From a virus: a stretch of 64,000 bases of DNA. The stretch lies in IMG/VR virus record IMGVR_UViG_3300025013_000002, positions 18,562 to 82,561 of that record, one strand, 5' to 3'. Shown here in pieces: positions 20,584 through 34,300 of the stretch (its first letter is position 1; every line of letters begins with the position of its first letter). The notes beneath the pieces are model-generated. The model was not told the origin of the DNA. It saw only the letters and a list, made by a program, of their open reading frames with translations, and did not search any database. The position numbers and the translations under genes were made by a program.

Positions 20584-23500
20584 TCAGACCTCCTTGAACT
20601 CGCCTTCCTTGGTTCTTGAAATGAATCCATTCTCCAGCACAGTGAAGCGCACCTTGGCTCCACTTACAAATTTCAGTACGATGTCGCAGTCATATATCTC
20701 AGCATCTCCTAGCGAAAAAGCCGCAGCAAAGTCCCTTTCAATATCCTCCCGACCCCTTGGGGTATGATCGCTTTCCCAAGTAACCACCCACGCATCCTGC
20801 ACCAATCCTCCGAAAATTTCATTGGCGGCTTCGAGCAGATTCTTGTCCCTTCTGATCAAGTCAAACGACATTTTCACTCCTCCCTGATAAATTTCTGCAG
20901 GAGCAACACGATCTGCCCCGCTTGCTCCTTGGTGATCTCGATGCTGGTTTCAGTGTCGCTATGCCAGTGGTCCGCGCTGTGCTCCGTGTACTCCAGCAAG
21001 AGGTGCATAGGGAATACCTCGTATTCATGCAAGACGAACGCGCAGGTTGGTATTAATTCAAGCTTGGTTTCTCTCATTTTTAGGCCCTTCTCCCGTTGAA
21101 ATAAAGAATCCTGTCTCGGCAACATGGGCACACGATGGTCGGTACGTAGTCCCTAGCAACCCAAGCGGCGATCTCTGTGTTGATATTTCCGTCTTCGTCC
21201 ACAATATCTGGCTTCTCGATTCTGCTAAGATCCAGGACCACTCCGCAATTCTCGCACGAAATTAGGTTCATGATTTGGTTTCCTTGTTCTGGACCGCGCT
21301 GACCGTTGGGTACTTCCCATACTCGGCACGCCAATCCTTAGCAGCTTTATTGATCGCGGCTTCTCTGCCGGATGCCTTCACTTCGTACATCGTTCGGTTG
21401 ACCTGCTCGAAAAACACCTCATAAGTTTTCACTTCTCCTCCCTCCGTTTCTCCCACCACTCATCAAAGGCTTCGCTCATACTACCTGCAGGGTTGTTGCA
21501 GCACCAGCGGAAGAACTCGCAGGCGACTTGTTTGTGGGTCAATTTGTCAGCGGAGGCAAGTTGATCGGGGTTGGTTATGGCTTCGCGGATATCTTCTTCA
21601 ATAAGTGTGGCCGTTCTGTCACATGCGTCATCGTAGTGGCTCTCGCACCGCGCAATCTTGTACCCCGCTGCGATCCGTGCAGCACACTCCATCCCTATTG
21701 CCTCTCCGAGGGCAAGGGCCTTGTCCCACGCAGCCCTAGCTACTTCTTTATGGCTGATTCGCTCGCTGACTGCGAAATCATACTGGTAATTAAAAGCTGC
21801 GTACCACTTCTCAAAGTCGTCCATTTTATTTCTCCCTCCCGCAGTTCAAGCATTCGTATTCAGGTTCCCTCACTCCAGACCCTTCACCGATCACAGCAAA
21901 CGAGATCAAGGAAGCGGCTACTTGGGTGAAGAACCCGGTTTTCGGTAATTTTCTGTGGATTGTAGCAGTCTTGCATACGGGGCAGAATTGGGTGGTCATT
22001 TGGTAGCCCCTCTGAGTTCTTTGCAGTCGTGGCAATTCATATCTTGCCTACCGCAGCCTGCTGCTCCACAATCTGGAAACCGAATCATCTCGCGAAGCCT
22101 GTTCGTCTCACTGTTGAGCCGGTCCCGTTCAACCTCCAGCTTCCTGTACTCCTCCGCGTTCGCAGCCAAAGCCCGATCTTTTTGCTCCAGGTGAATCTTG
22201 AATCTCACAGCTTCGGCTTTGAGTTCATCTCGCTCGGCCTCCATAGCGTAGTAGGCGTTCGACCAGTATTTGCGGGTTGCCTCTTCGTCGCGCTCCAGCT
22301 CCTTAATCCGCTCCTGCAGTTCACCCCTCTCCTTAACCAGCCCCTCTACAACTTCAACTAGCCGGTCAACCTGGCACCCTGCTATTTTCTGGATCAGGGC
22401 GATGGTAGACTGAGCGGCGGCGAGGTCGGCACGGAGGGTTGTGAGTTCACTGGTTGACTCGCCAGGGAACTTTGCGTTACATCCCGTACACCAATCTTCG
22501 TCAGCGTTAAACATGACAACGCTTGTGCTCCCACACTCAGGACAATTTCGTCTCATTCTCCACCTCCTGCCGCTCTTGCTTTGAGCGCGTAACGCTTGAA
22601 CCACTGCCATTGAAGGCACAGCCACCCGCCATGTTGCATGTACCGGAAGGGTTGCCAGTTGCCTATCGCAAAGTAAACCCAGCCACCTTGCTTTGTGTGA
22701 AAAAAGACCTTCACTCCCCCACCTCCGATGCCGCAGCCCTTGGCTCCCACCGGCAGGTTGTCTCGCAGCCTCTACACTCCTCAGATTCGCCTTCATCGTG
22801 GGCGCAATCATCGCACCCATGCTCATCACAGTTTTTCTTGTAGCACTCTGTCATTACAGCACCTCCGATGCCACAGCGAGGGCGGCTTTTGTCTCGACAA
22901 GGGCGCATGAGCATTCGCGGCCCACAAATTCCCCGGTATAGCAGGCACAGGATTTCAGATGCCATGCGTAGAACTCCATAGCCTCTAGTGCTCTCTCCCT
23001 CAACCCCTTCTCGCGCTGCTCGGATTCTTTAAGAAGATCCTGTAATTCACCGCACCTTATATCAGTTTCCTGCCAGTGGGCGTAGGCTTCCTTCTCGCGC
23101 TGCTCGGCGGATTCAGCGCGGGCTAAGAGTTTCTCCACAATCTCCCTCATGTTGGTAACACGATACATTTCACAGCAATGTGCTCGTTGACGCTTCACCT
23201 CCTCCCTTGCTTGGGATAGGGCGGATTCGGCTTTCAATCTCTCCTCGCGTTCATCCTGCCACGCTGTAAACGGAAAGGTCTCTTTCTCCTTGAACAATCT
23301 CAGGTCTGCTTTCTCTCTCCCCCGCTCCTCACAGAGTTGGGTGAGGCGAGTATGTTCTTTTAAGAGTGTCTGCATCATCTTTACCGTGGGTTTGTAATCT
23401 TGGGTCATCGCAGCCCTGATATCTTCTATTGATAAATCCATCTTCCATCCTCCCTGCGACATTTTAAGTCGCTACTTGTTCCAATCCGATAAAACCCCGT

Positions 23501-24938
23501 GAACAAATCCTTTAAAATAGTCGCCTGAAATCCCACTTCCAGGTGCCGACATTTCCCTGAGCTTGGACAAAAGTTCCTCGGTGGTCAGGCCAGAGAGTTC
23601 AGCAGGAGGAACCTCTTCATCTAAGCCAGCATCACTTTTGGGCTCCTCAGCCTCAACCACCAAATCCTCCTTCACCGAAACTCCGATGGCTCCCATCTCG
23701 CGCATTTTGGTTTCGATGATAGCTAAAAAATCCAGAATATCCGACTCCACGACAAACCTCGGATAGAGCGCCTGGAAGACTTTCCAATGAGCAGAACGAG
23801 CGCCTCCTCTTTCTTTAAACGGGTCTTTTCCTTTCTTGTAGGCCACGAGTACACCTTCTCGATAAATGTCCTCTGTAGACCCCTTGAGGGCTTCAGAATC
23901 ACCTAATGAGAAGATGTAATGGTTGCCTAGAGGATCTCTGACTTTAGCCAGGATCAATTCCTGGATTGGCTTCGCTTCCATGTCGTACTCCTTCGGGTGC
24001 CCAATGTGGTAGCTCCCGCAGATTTCACATTTGTAGGGCTCAATTCGTTCTCCTGATTTCTCGGAGGATTGCTCCGCTTTCTTCTGAGCAGTCGAGAGCA
24101 GTGCGTACTTAATTTTGGGCTTGCACATTCTTAAAGCCCTTTGTTGGAGTTCGGTCATTTTAGGACTCCTCGTAGGCTGTGCAGGAGAATTATCAGCATG
24201 AACATCAGGATTCCGAAGGGGATTCCTAAGAGCCCGTAGACACGGTACCCGGAATCAAAGCGAGGAGGCGCCCAATCCTTCTTCGGCTCCTCTTCGAGGC
24301 TGCGGTAAATGGCATTAGCTTTTTCGGTCAGTTTAGGGTTGTTCATTTTAATTCTCCTTTGGTTCTAAGCCTCGCTCAACCAAGTGAGCGTAGAATGCTA
24401 GGTAATCGTCCACTACGTTCGACCTTCCGATCTTCACAACCCCGTGATTCTTATGCACTAATATCGCTCCTCCACATGATGCCTTACGCAGGAAGCCTTG
24501 CTCGGCAGCGAGTGTTTCAAGTTCCTGAGGATAAACCCCTGACCTAAAGAACGGATGGGAGCAATTAGGACAGCGCCTAAATGACAGCCTTTCCTGCGGG
24601 AGACCTTCCCAGCCACATAAGTAGCAGGTTATTTTAGCTTCGAACATTTCTTCCTCCTATCAATATTCGCTCGGCCTGAGCACGGTCGTAGAACTCCTGT
24701 CCCCTTCCGTCACAATCCACACGACCCCAAACTCCTCCGACTTGTAGACCGAGAAGATCCGGTCTCCTCTCCAAAGAGCTGCCTCGTTCATCTCCTTGTC
24801 CTCGGCGCAGGTGTCGCCCCAATCTCCGTCGAGGTGCCTGTGGATGCAAGACTGGACGAAGATTTCAAACTTCGGATTTTCAGTAGATTCCTCAAAGATG
24901 CTCCTGGTTTGGACTAGCTGACCCGCTTTGAATTTCAT
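20584..24938 (-). CDS. Cluster of small hypothetical early or middle genes, including coiled-coil proteins
   Basis: Contiguous minus-strand ORFs. 24660-24938 has the RHLDGDWGD motif common in plasmid and phage proteins. Confidence 0.6.
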
Positions 24939-25380
24939 TTTGAACCCCCATTTCCTAGATTAACGTGGATTTTAATTCACTTCTGAATTTTTGTCAAGCT
25001 AAAAATCCCAGTTCCTACCCTTGTCCTCGTCCAGGACGAAGAGGATTTCAAGCTCTGCCCCACACTCCGGGCAGTCCTGATCCGCCGAAATGAAGGAGCA
25101 ATCCGAAGCAAGCTCCAGGTTTATATTAACGTAGTACCAATCAATCGCGTGACCGCAGTTAGAGCATTTCATACAACCTCCTGTTTTACTTAGGTTTTAA
25201 GTGGGATTTCACATTTCACTAAATTAAAGAATTATAATAAAAAAAGACTTGACAAACTCTTAGAAATCATGGTATCCTAAAACCGGCGCTAGCCGATGAA
25301 GTATAGATTAATACCCCAATTAACTAGGTAGGGTTTTAGGTACCATTTTGGCTGATAATAGTTGACTAGAAAGGTAGGGA

Positions 25381-28300
25381 TTAAATCTCAAATTCCTTTC
25401 TCGCTGCAGCACCCATCTTGTCCGGATAAACACCCTCCTCGTCCGATATGACCTCCCAGCCATACTCGAACGATGTTAGGTTTTCGTAATCCTCCCTTGG
25501 AGTCTCGGAATTGCCCTCCCAGTCTTCGGTGCCTTCACCCATTCTGAGACGCCCGATGCAGTCGCTTAGGGTATCTTTGTCAAACTCGAATCCGCTGTGG
25601 AAGTAGATGCATTCGCCTGCCTCATTGAAAACTGCCAGATGGAGCCCACCGCCATTGTCCTCGATTGCCTGGAACGTCGTTTTCATTTCTTGCCTCCTTT
25701 AGTTTTAATCCCTCGCTACCGAGTAGCAAACCGATTCCCAGTTGAAGGTTAATTCGAGTTCCATCGCTCCACTTTCCCAGGTCCAGAACTTGAGCTGGAA
25801 TCCTCCGACGCCCAGCCGATTGTATGGCAGATGACCCGGCTCGGCAAGGAGTTCTTTCAGCCTGGAGAACATCGAGCAGCAAGAGGACCTCATCGAGCTG
25901 ATAGTAGGAACCATGTGCCCCGGACCCTCGTTCGCCCAAGTCCAACCATTAATCAGCATCAGGGCTCGCACCTTCTCGAAGTCGAATTTCTCCATGATTT
26001 CTTGGAAGGTTTCTTCAATATTCTGGAGTTGCGCTGCGTTCATGCTAGGCCTCCTCAGCTTTTTTGACTGCCTGCTCTGCGATTACCAGCAGGTCCTCGA
26101 TGGTGTTGGTGCTCATCGGGCCGAAGTGCTTAATACCCGAAAGCCGGTCGTGAATGTCCTTCAGGGCATCCAAGAGAGCAGGGGCCTGGGAGATCAGCCT
26201 GCAATTTGCCTCGTCGATTTCTACTCTCTCCTCTAAGGTCAGCGTGCATTCCTCGTCCTCAGGGTCCAACTCGATCTGCGCCCCGAGTATTTTGTAGTAG
26301 CCGTCTAGGTAGCCAGTCACGTTCCAAGGCCCCTTCGTGTGCTTCGATTCGATTTTCATTTCCTACCCCCAATTATTAGAGAAAAATAATTTAATTTACC
26401 ACTTGACAAATCCCAAAAGTATGGTACACTTAAAATCGCCGCGAGGCAAAAAGGATTATAGTTAATACCCCTACTATCTAGGTAGGGTTTAGCGAGGATT
26501 TGGTTCCTACTAAACCCTACCTTTTTAGTGGGACAATTATTCCTGGGTTAGCCCACCACGTTGAGCCCAATGAAATCCGGCTTAGCCAGCCTCTTTAATT
26601 CGTCATACACTTCCTCCGATCCGAACTCATGGGTGAAAACAGGCCGACCGAAAAGCTCCTCGGCATAAGCGTGCATGTCTGCGAAGTCTCCGAGCATGAA
26701 TCCTGTGTAGGCTGAAACGATTGCTGCTTCCCTTTTGGTCATCTTCAAATCTCCTTTTCCACATCCTCTGTGGATAACTCCTGTTAAATTTGTTAGTAAA
26801 GTTAGGCGCCCTGTGGTAGGGCGCGGTGAATAGCGGATTGCTTAGGATTTGTGCTTGAGCTTGTCGAGGACCGCCTGAGCCTTATAAACGTGGCAAGTGC
26901 AGTAGCGCTCCGGATTAGCGGTACGTTCTCCTCTACACTTGCAGGCAGGGTGATGAATGGAGGCAGCGGAATGCTCAAGCGCAGCCACCATTTCCTCGTG
27001 GTAGTTCAGGGCCAGCGCGATCAACTTGGCTCTCGCTTCGTCTTGCTCCTCAAGACCGTAGGCCAGCTTGTGCACCGTGGTGTTAGTAGTGGCAACCCAG
27101 TCAATCCCGGCTTCCGCAGTCTTGCCAAGCACGGAGTAAACGGTGGTCTTATGCGCTGCTACCGGAAACTTGATGTTGGCTTGCTCGATTAATTCGGCGT
27201 AGGACTTCATGTTATGCCTCCTTTTTGTTCAGATTCAAAACTCCCAGTGTCCGGTCGTAGGTTTTCTGTAGTCCCTCGCCTAGAGGGTGATTCAGCAGGT
27301 GGTGGGCGTATTCGTTCAGGAGGCCCAGCAACTCCTCCCTCTCGTTCACGGCATCGCAGATCGTCTTAGCGATCTCCCTCGTTTCCTCATTCGTCTTGCC
27401 CTGGACCTCCGCGATGACTTCCATGTTATCAGTCAGGATCTGCGTGGAGTCTACGAGGGTCTCGGCTATCATGACGAAATGAAGCGGCATTGAAATGTGA
27501 GATTTCATTTTTTTTTTATTCCTCCTAGTTGAGCAGGCAAGCCTGCAAGAGTTCAACCAAAATTCTGAGTTGTTCAGGGTCGAGGTTCATTTTTGGATCT
27601 CCCCTGTCGAGTAATAAACCTGGCCGTCGATCACGATCTGGTAGCTTTTGAGACCTTCGGCATCGGCCAGTTGCCTCATGTAAGCCTTAATCTGCTCGGT
27701 GCTCGAAATGTTGAACTCTCCACTGAATGGAACCCAGTTGTACTCACCAGGATCTCCGAGTATTTCGACGTAAGCGTAATGCTTGACCATTTGGCACTCT
27801 CCTTTACCTTGTTCTGAGAGCAAGGCACCCTCTTCCGGGGCTGTTTATCCACAAGTGAATGGGAATGTATATGTGAATTTTAGTTTGGCCTTTGTAGGGC
27901 ATCCTCGTTCGATTCAGCCCAAATCCTTTGCAGGTCGAACCTGCTCCTGTACCAAGCCAGATCCTCGATCCTGGTCATGCTGACTCCGGTGGCTTGGTTC
28001 TTCCTCGGTTGATCGTAGACGCAGAGCTTGCCGTCCTCGATCTCGTACCAGCGTTGAGCTTTCATTGATCCTCCCAATCCTGGTACACTTTCCAAAGCGC
28101 CCAGAGTGTAGCTGCTACGATGACGAAGAAGATGAGGTGGATGGTTTGGGTCATTTCGAGCCCTCCTTGGCTTTTCTGATTGCTTCGCGAGCTTTGCGCC
28201 AATCAGATGCTAGAGGCGGGTTGTTCCCGGTGTCCTGCCAGCGCACCAGATTTTCCAACGCCTCCAGCAATTCCGGAGCAGCCGCCATCAAATCCGCATT

Positions 28301-31300
28301 TGCCTGATATTCCTCCTCGTAGCGGTTGTAGACCAAGGCGATGTCGTAATCCCGTTCATCCGAAACGATTCCTTGGCTGTGATCTCCAGCGTGGTTGACT
28401 AGGCGCCAAGGACCTGGGGAAAATTTATTTTTCATTTTGAACTCCTTTTGCTTTGGCTACGACCCGGCGAGCCTCTTCCCAGGATGCTGTGTCAGGTAAG
28501 CCCCAAATCGTGATTAGATCCTCCAGCGCTGCGAGAAGTTCTGGAGCTGCTGAGATCAAGGCACAATTTGCCTCGTCGATTTCCGTTACCTGCTCACTGG
28601 TGAGGTGGGGAAGTACGTCTTCAGGATCGAGTTGAATTTGGGCTCCAAGAATCTTGTAGAATCCGTCCCTGTAGCCCTCCACGTTCCAGGGCATAGGTGT
28701 AAATTTATTGGTGCTCATATCTTCCTCCCAGCCGCTATCAAAATAAAAGCGGCGAATGCTCCGGTTAATGTTAGAAGCTGCAGGGCTCCGATGGTTTGGT
28801 CGAAGAGGGTCATTTTTGGACCTCCAATTCCTTCCTGATCCAAGCCGCGAGGTCATCTGGTCTGCAACCAGCGGAAGGCCAATTTTTGACCATCCGGTCG
28901 AACTCGCGGATCTTCATTTCTTGGTTTTGCTGGATTACTTCGCTCGCTTCCAGACCCATCTCCCTATAAATGTGACTGGCGTTGTCGCCAGTGTTCTTGG
29001 CACTGACGGATTTGTCTGTGGCCAAATCGGTCCAGGTAAAGGCCTAATAGCGGTTGCAGTAGGTGTCCGCTTTGGAATTGTAGATGGTGATTTGGGCTTT
29101 GATTTGTCGGATCATTTTAGGCCTCCTCTTGTTAGTCCCCGCTCGGAAAGTTCTTGCAAACCTGGATGTGCCTGGTCTTAATCTGTTCGTCTGACATGAC
29201 TGCTCTTGGTCCGCGACGGTAAATCTGCAGCGCCAAGTTAAGTGCAGCGCCCCACTGAGATCCAGATAAGCCTAGAGCCTCAATCCGTTTGTTCGCAAAT
29301 CCTGCAGCTTTAATTTCCTTCTGGTTCCTCTGCCAAGTCTCTTGGTCCTCCCAGGCTGAATAGTCGTAGCCCCTCTCAAGCAAATGCCTAAGAATCTCAG
29401 CGGTTGTAATTTGGATAGCTTGCTCGTACCCAGGACCAAACCCTCCCATCGAAATTGACCGGACTGATTTTCCTTTGTCCCATCTGTTCAACCAGTCAGC
29501 AGCATCAGTGCCGTAGATCTCGATCTGGCCGTGCTCTTTGTCCTCTGCTTCGGTGCGATAGAAAACTTTCTTTCCGTCAAGGAACACTCCGCGCACCACA
29601 AAGCCTATCCCACGACCGTAGAATCTTATTTCCATACCTTCCTCTGGAATCACAGGGGAGGAACTAGGGATGAAGAAACCCCACCCGTCATGCTTGGTAA
29701 TCTCCCATCCATTACCTACGGCGTTAACTTTTTTGATTGTGGCTACTTCGAACTGCAAGTCATTTTCCGGGAACATAATTTTTCTCCTTTAAATGTGAAA
29801 TCTCACTTTTCTGGGAGACTCCCGAAGGAGCCTCCCTCCTTCATAACCTACTCCCCGAAGTAGAAGCAGCGGCAGTATTCAAGCACGATCTCTTCCTCCT
29901 CGGAAGTCAATTCAAGAGGTTCCCAAGGAGTGAACCAGTCCTGGTAGAAGATCTCGGCGGACTCGGGCTGGTTCCACTGACCGAGTTCCCCCTCGATCTT
30001 AACCGCAGGTCCTCCGGTGCAGAGTAGGATCTGGAACTCTTCGGCGGAGTGATCCTCCGAGCCGGGGCAATACCAACCCGAGCGGACCTGAACCGAGAGG
30101 GGATCTTCGTTGATACGCTGGCGAGCGTCGTCGGCGTCTTTGCACTCGCCTGCTTCGGCTTCGAGTTCGTCGAGTTCCTCCTGATTTTCTTCTTCCCAAT
30201 CCGAGAGTGCTTTTTCCGCCTCGTCGTTAGCCTCCTTCAATTCGAGGTAGCTGGCAGCCCTGAGGTTGCAGTTGTCCGCGTAATCCTTGAGATCTCTTGC
30301 AGCGGTTGTGAGTGTGTCGCGGAGATCCTTCTTCTCCTCCCTCAACTCCTCCAGCCGATCCCAATCCAAATTCAACGCCGCCACCATTTCCTTAATGGAT
30401 TCAAACTGCGCTCGGGCCTGGTCTTTCGCTCTTTCGTTGTCGTTGCTCATTTTGTTGCCTCCTTGTTTAGGAAATGTGAAATCTCACTTTCCTATTGTTA
30501 GAGAAAAATAATGGATATACTCAAAGATTTTACTTGACACGGGGCCAGCACTCGTGGTATAATGCGGCTACTTTTCCGAAAGGAAAATAATATATAGTAC
30601 TTATATAGCCACGATTTAAGCCTCCCTGATTCCCTCCTCTTCCTGCTCTAGCAGACACTCCGGACAAATGCAACCTGGATTTTTGGTTGTTTGGTGGAAA
30701 TGCCTGTCGCATAGGACGCATTCGGTGGTCATTGGTGGGCCTCCTTATCCCTGATAAATTTTCCCGTCGTCTCCGACGTACAAGTCCACTTCCCCGAATC
30801 GCTTAGAAGAAGATGTCAGCCGCTCGCCAGCATCTTTAGGCCAATCCCCATCCCAGAATCCACAGCCGTGTCCGTTCCGGGTGAGCCAGAAGTCGTGTCC
30901 TGCCTTGGTGAAATCCAGGCCGATGTCCTCCCAATTCTCGTTGATGAAGCGGGCGCAGTCCTCGTCCATTTTTTGAAACGTCTCTGGCGCGAGGTCTGAG
31001 ATTCCGTAGTTGTAGTCGAGCGGAATGTCCTGGTCGTCTGTGGAAGACCACAGCGTGGCCTCAATATAAGCCGTTAGAAATTCGTTGATCGAGGGGATCT
31101 CCTCCGCATTAGGGAAGATCTCTTTGAATTTCATCCTAGCCTCATTCCAATCAGCAGCCCTCAAAAATGCCGCCTGCTCCTCGTCGTCTCCATCTCCCCA
31201 GGCTACGAAGAGAGGTTCACCACAGCCCCAGTAAGCACCGCCTGGGTCGTACCCCTCGTGGAGCGGGACCTGCTCGATGTTGATCCGAGTGACGGAATCG

Positions 31301-34300
31301 GCTTCCTGGAGCGAGTCAGGTCGGCCCATTTGGGCTCCAGCAGTTGAATATGCTTTCGTGTAGTTGAATTTCATTTCATCCTCCGAAATGTTGTATAGCT
31401 TTGTCCGTTCGCATAGCAGCGATGCGAGACAGCGCCGGTAATGTCATCCCCGCACTTAGGGCAGCAGGCTTTATAGGGAGGCTTCGGTACCTCAACGAAG
31501 GAATTTTCGTGGGCGTACCCTGTGTACTCCCGCCCACAGTAGGAGCAACTTAGTTCTACTGTGACCCCACTGCCCAGGATCACTTTGTCCTCCCGAAGAG
31601 GCATTCCGCATTTGCAGGTCATGGATTTAGTCCTCCCCTAGTATGGCGAATCGAGTCCTGCTCCCTGCCAAGTAGGTCCCACAGCAGTCGCAGTCACTCG
31701 TAGAGAATTCGTCTTCTCCGTGCTCTCTTTCACTGAGTTCCGCGCTGGAGCAATGAGGGCAACCAGGGACTTCTTCGGGCTCGCTGCAGTCGGAGCACTC
31801 CAGCCCTTCCTCTACTTGCCAAGTGCATCCTTCGCAGTCCGGGTTTTTCACCTTGATCAAGTTGCTCTCCAGCAGGTACTCTCCGCAGTCGTAGCAGGTG
31901 AACTCCTTTTCGTCGGTGCAGTCTAAGACTAGGTGAGGGCCTAGATCCGCCAGTCCTCTGTCGATAGCTTCGATCTTGGCGTCAAGCTCCTTCCCATCCA
32001 GGTAATAACCCAAGCCAGAGTAATCGGCGTTGACTGCTACCATCGTGCAGTCGGCGCAGAGCCAGATGTCGCGGTGAAGAACTTTCATTTCATCCTCCAA
32101 AAAAAATGTGAGATTTCACTTAGTAGCCAAGCGTCTCTTCCTCGTCGCCGCCCAAGCACGCTTCTTCGCGCTCGTCCTCTTCCTCCTGGTATTCGCGCTC
32201 CTTCTCGGCAGCATCTTCTGCCAACGAATCGGCAGCGTAGGCCGCGCTAACTTCGTCGTCGTAGATGTGGTCCGTCTCGACGGAAGTAGCCATGCCTTCA
32301 CCCATCGACCAGCCCACGATAAAACCTCTGTCGTGGTTAAGCCGGATCACGATTCCTCGGATTTTATCGCTGTCGCCGTACTCGTCGGTGTACCAGCCGG
32401 TGTGCCCAATCGAGGCGTCCGCCACCTCATCGCACCATTTCCAGCGGTGGATAGGATTCGAGAAGTCGCTGTCGAGGTAGCAGGAGAACCCATCGGCGTT
32501 AGGCGTCGGCGCCGAGTAATAACCTCCGGTGTGCTTGTATCGCTCCTGGCGCTGCTTCTTGGTTCCCTTCGGTAACTCACTCAGGTATTTAGGGAAATTG
32601 AATCCGGCGAAGGTGAATTCCGTTTCAAGCTTGCGTTGGCGTCCTTTTAACATGGGGTGCCTCCTTAAATGTGAATATTCACTTCTGAATTGATTAGCGC
32701 CAAACCTGGAGGTCAAATTTTGAATCCTCCGGGAACCTCTGCTTCATTTTTTGAACTGCCTCTTCCTCCGAAGCGGCGTCGATGTAATACCCTTGTCTTG
32801 CTGAAGGATCTTTGTGTCCGGGGCATCCTGGCTCGTAAAGATCGGGACGGGTTAGGCGGAATTGAGGCATGGTTTAGTCCTCCTTCTGGGTGCTCAGTTT
32901 GTCAAGTGCTGCACCCCACTTTGTGAGCCTGTCCTCTTCAACTTTGAGGGATGCCCGCTGCCTTTCGATGCTCTCAGCAGCACTTTTGATTTCTGCCTGA
33001 GCCTCAACCAGAGCGGATTCCAGGTCAGGGTGGTACATATCAACTCCACAGCGAGCAACCCTACCGTCGCCATATCGAATCTTGAGGGAGGGTAACCTGC
33101 ATCCCGGCAAAATGCCCTCTTCAAGTACGGTTATCGTTTCAATCGAGATGGTACCATTGTCGTTAAAATGGATGTCATAGCGTTTCATCTTGTCCTCCCT
33201 CGTAAAATGTGATATTTCACTTTTTGCTTCGTTCACTCAACTCATCGACCGCCAGAATATTGCTGAAGTAATCCCCTTCGTTCCCTGCGGAGGAATACTT
33301 CTCGTTCACGAAATCATCCTCCTCAAATCCCTGCTCCAGAGCGTCCTTCCTGAGTTCCTCGATATAATCCGGATCTGCGAAGTAGCCTTTGTACCCCTTG
33401 TCCTTGCAGTAGTCGGCTATGGCGTCGTGGCAGGCGCCTAGATCCGAGTTCCCGTGAATCAAAAATCCTGCCGAGACATAGCAGCCGGTGTCGAGCCAGA
33501 TGATGTAGGTATTGGGCCAGAAGTGCTTGTCTGAAGGATTCACGTAGTCGATGGATTTGCGGCACTCCCGGAGCCACTTGGCGAATTCAGTTCGTTCCAT
33601 TTCCTACCTCCTAAAAAATGTGAGATTTCACTTTTTACTACCTAAACATCCAGCTACACATCACCAAGCCGCAGACAGCAACCAAACAAACCAAGATCCT
33701 CCCTACGGCGGCTTCAGTTTCCCTTTTCTGTTCGAATTGGGCTCTCTGTTTGAGGACGGTGGTGGAGACGTAGTTCACGAAACCACCTCCACTCTCTCCA
33801 TCCTGAGATCGACCCAAGCCAATCCATCGTTAAACTGCACCAGGACCATATCCGCCAATTCTTCAAGGCAGTGACCAATTCCGGTTCCGATTACGTAAAC
33901 TTTTTGATTTTTCATTTTGTGGCTCCTTTTCCCGTAAAATGTGAGAATTCACTTTTCCATCAAGATTCACTTCTGAATACCTTAAGCCACCAAAATCCTC
34001 ACCACGTAAGGATGGCCGTAGTTCATGAACCAGTCCCAGGTCGTTTTGATCCTTCTTGTCTTGCCTGATTTAGTTCTGACTTCGCAGATGATCGTCATGG
34101 CTTAGTCCTCCTTTTCTGGCGCCGTATTGCGCGCATCGCAGATTTCCCATTCATTCAAGCTTTCGTCCACCACATGGACCATCTCAGCGACAGCCACCCT
34201 TTTCCCGCAGGAGTCGCAGGCTCTCATCGTGGGGTCCTCTAAATACATCCCTTCCCCACAACAAGGGCAGCGCTCGCCGTTGTCTTCGATTTCCCCTCGC

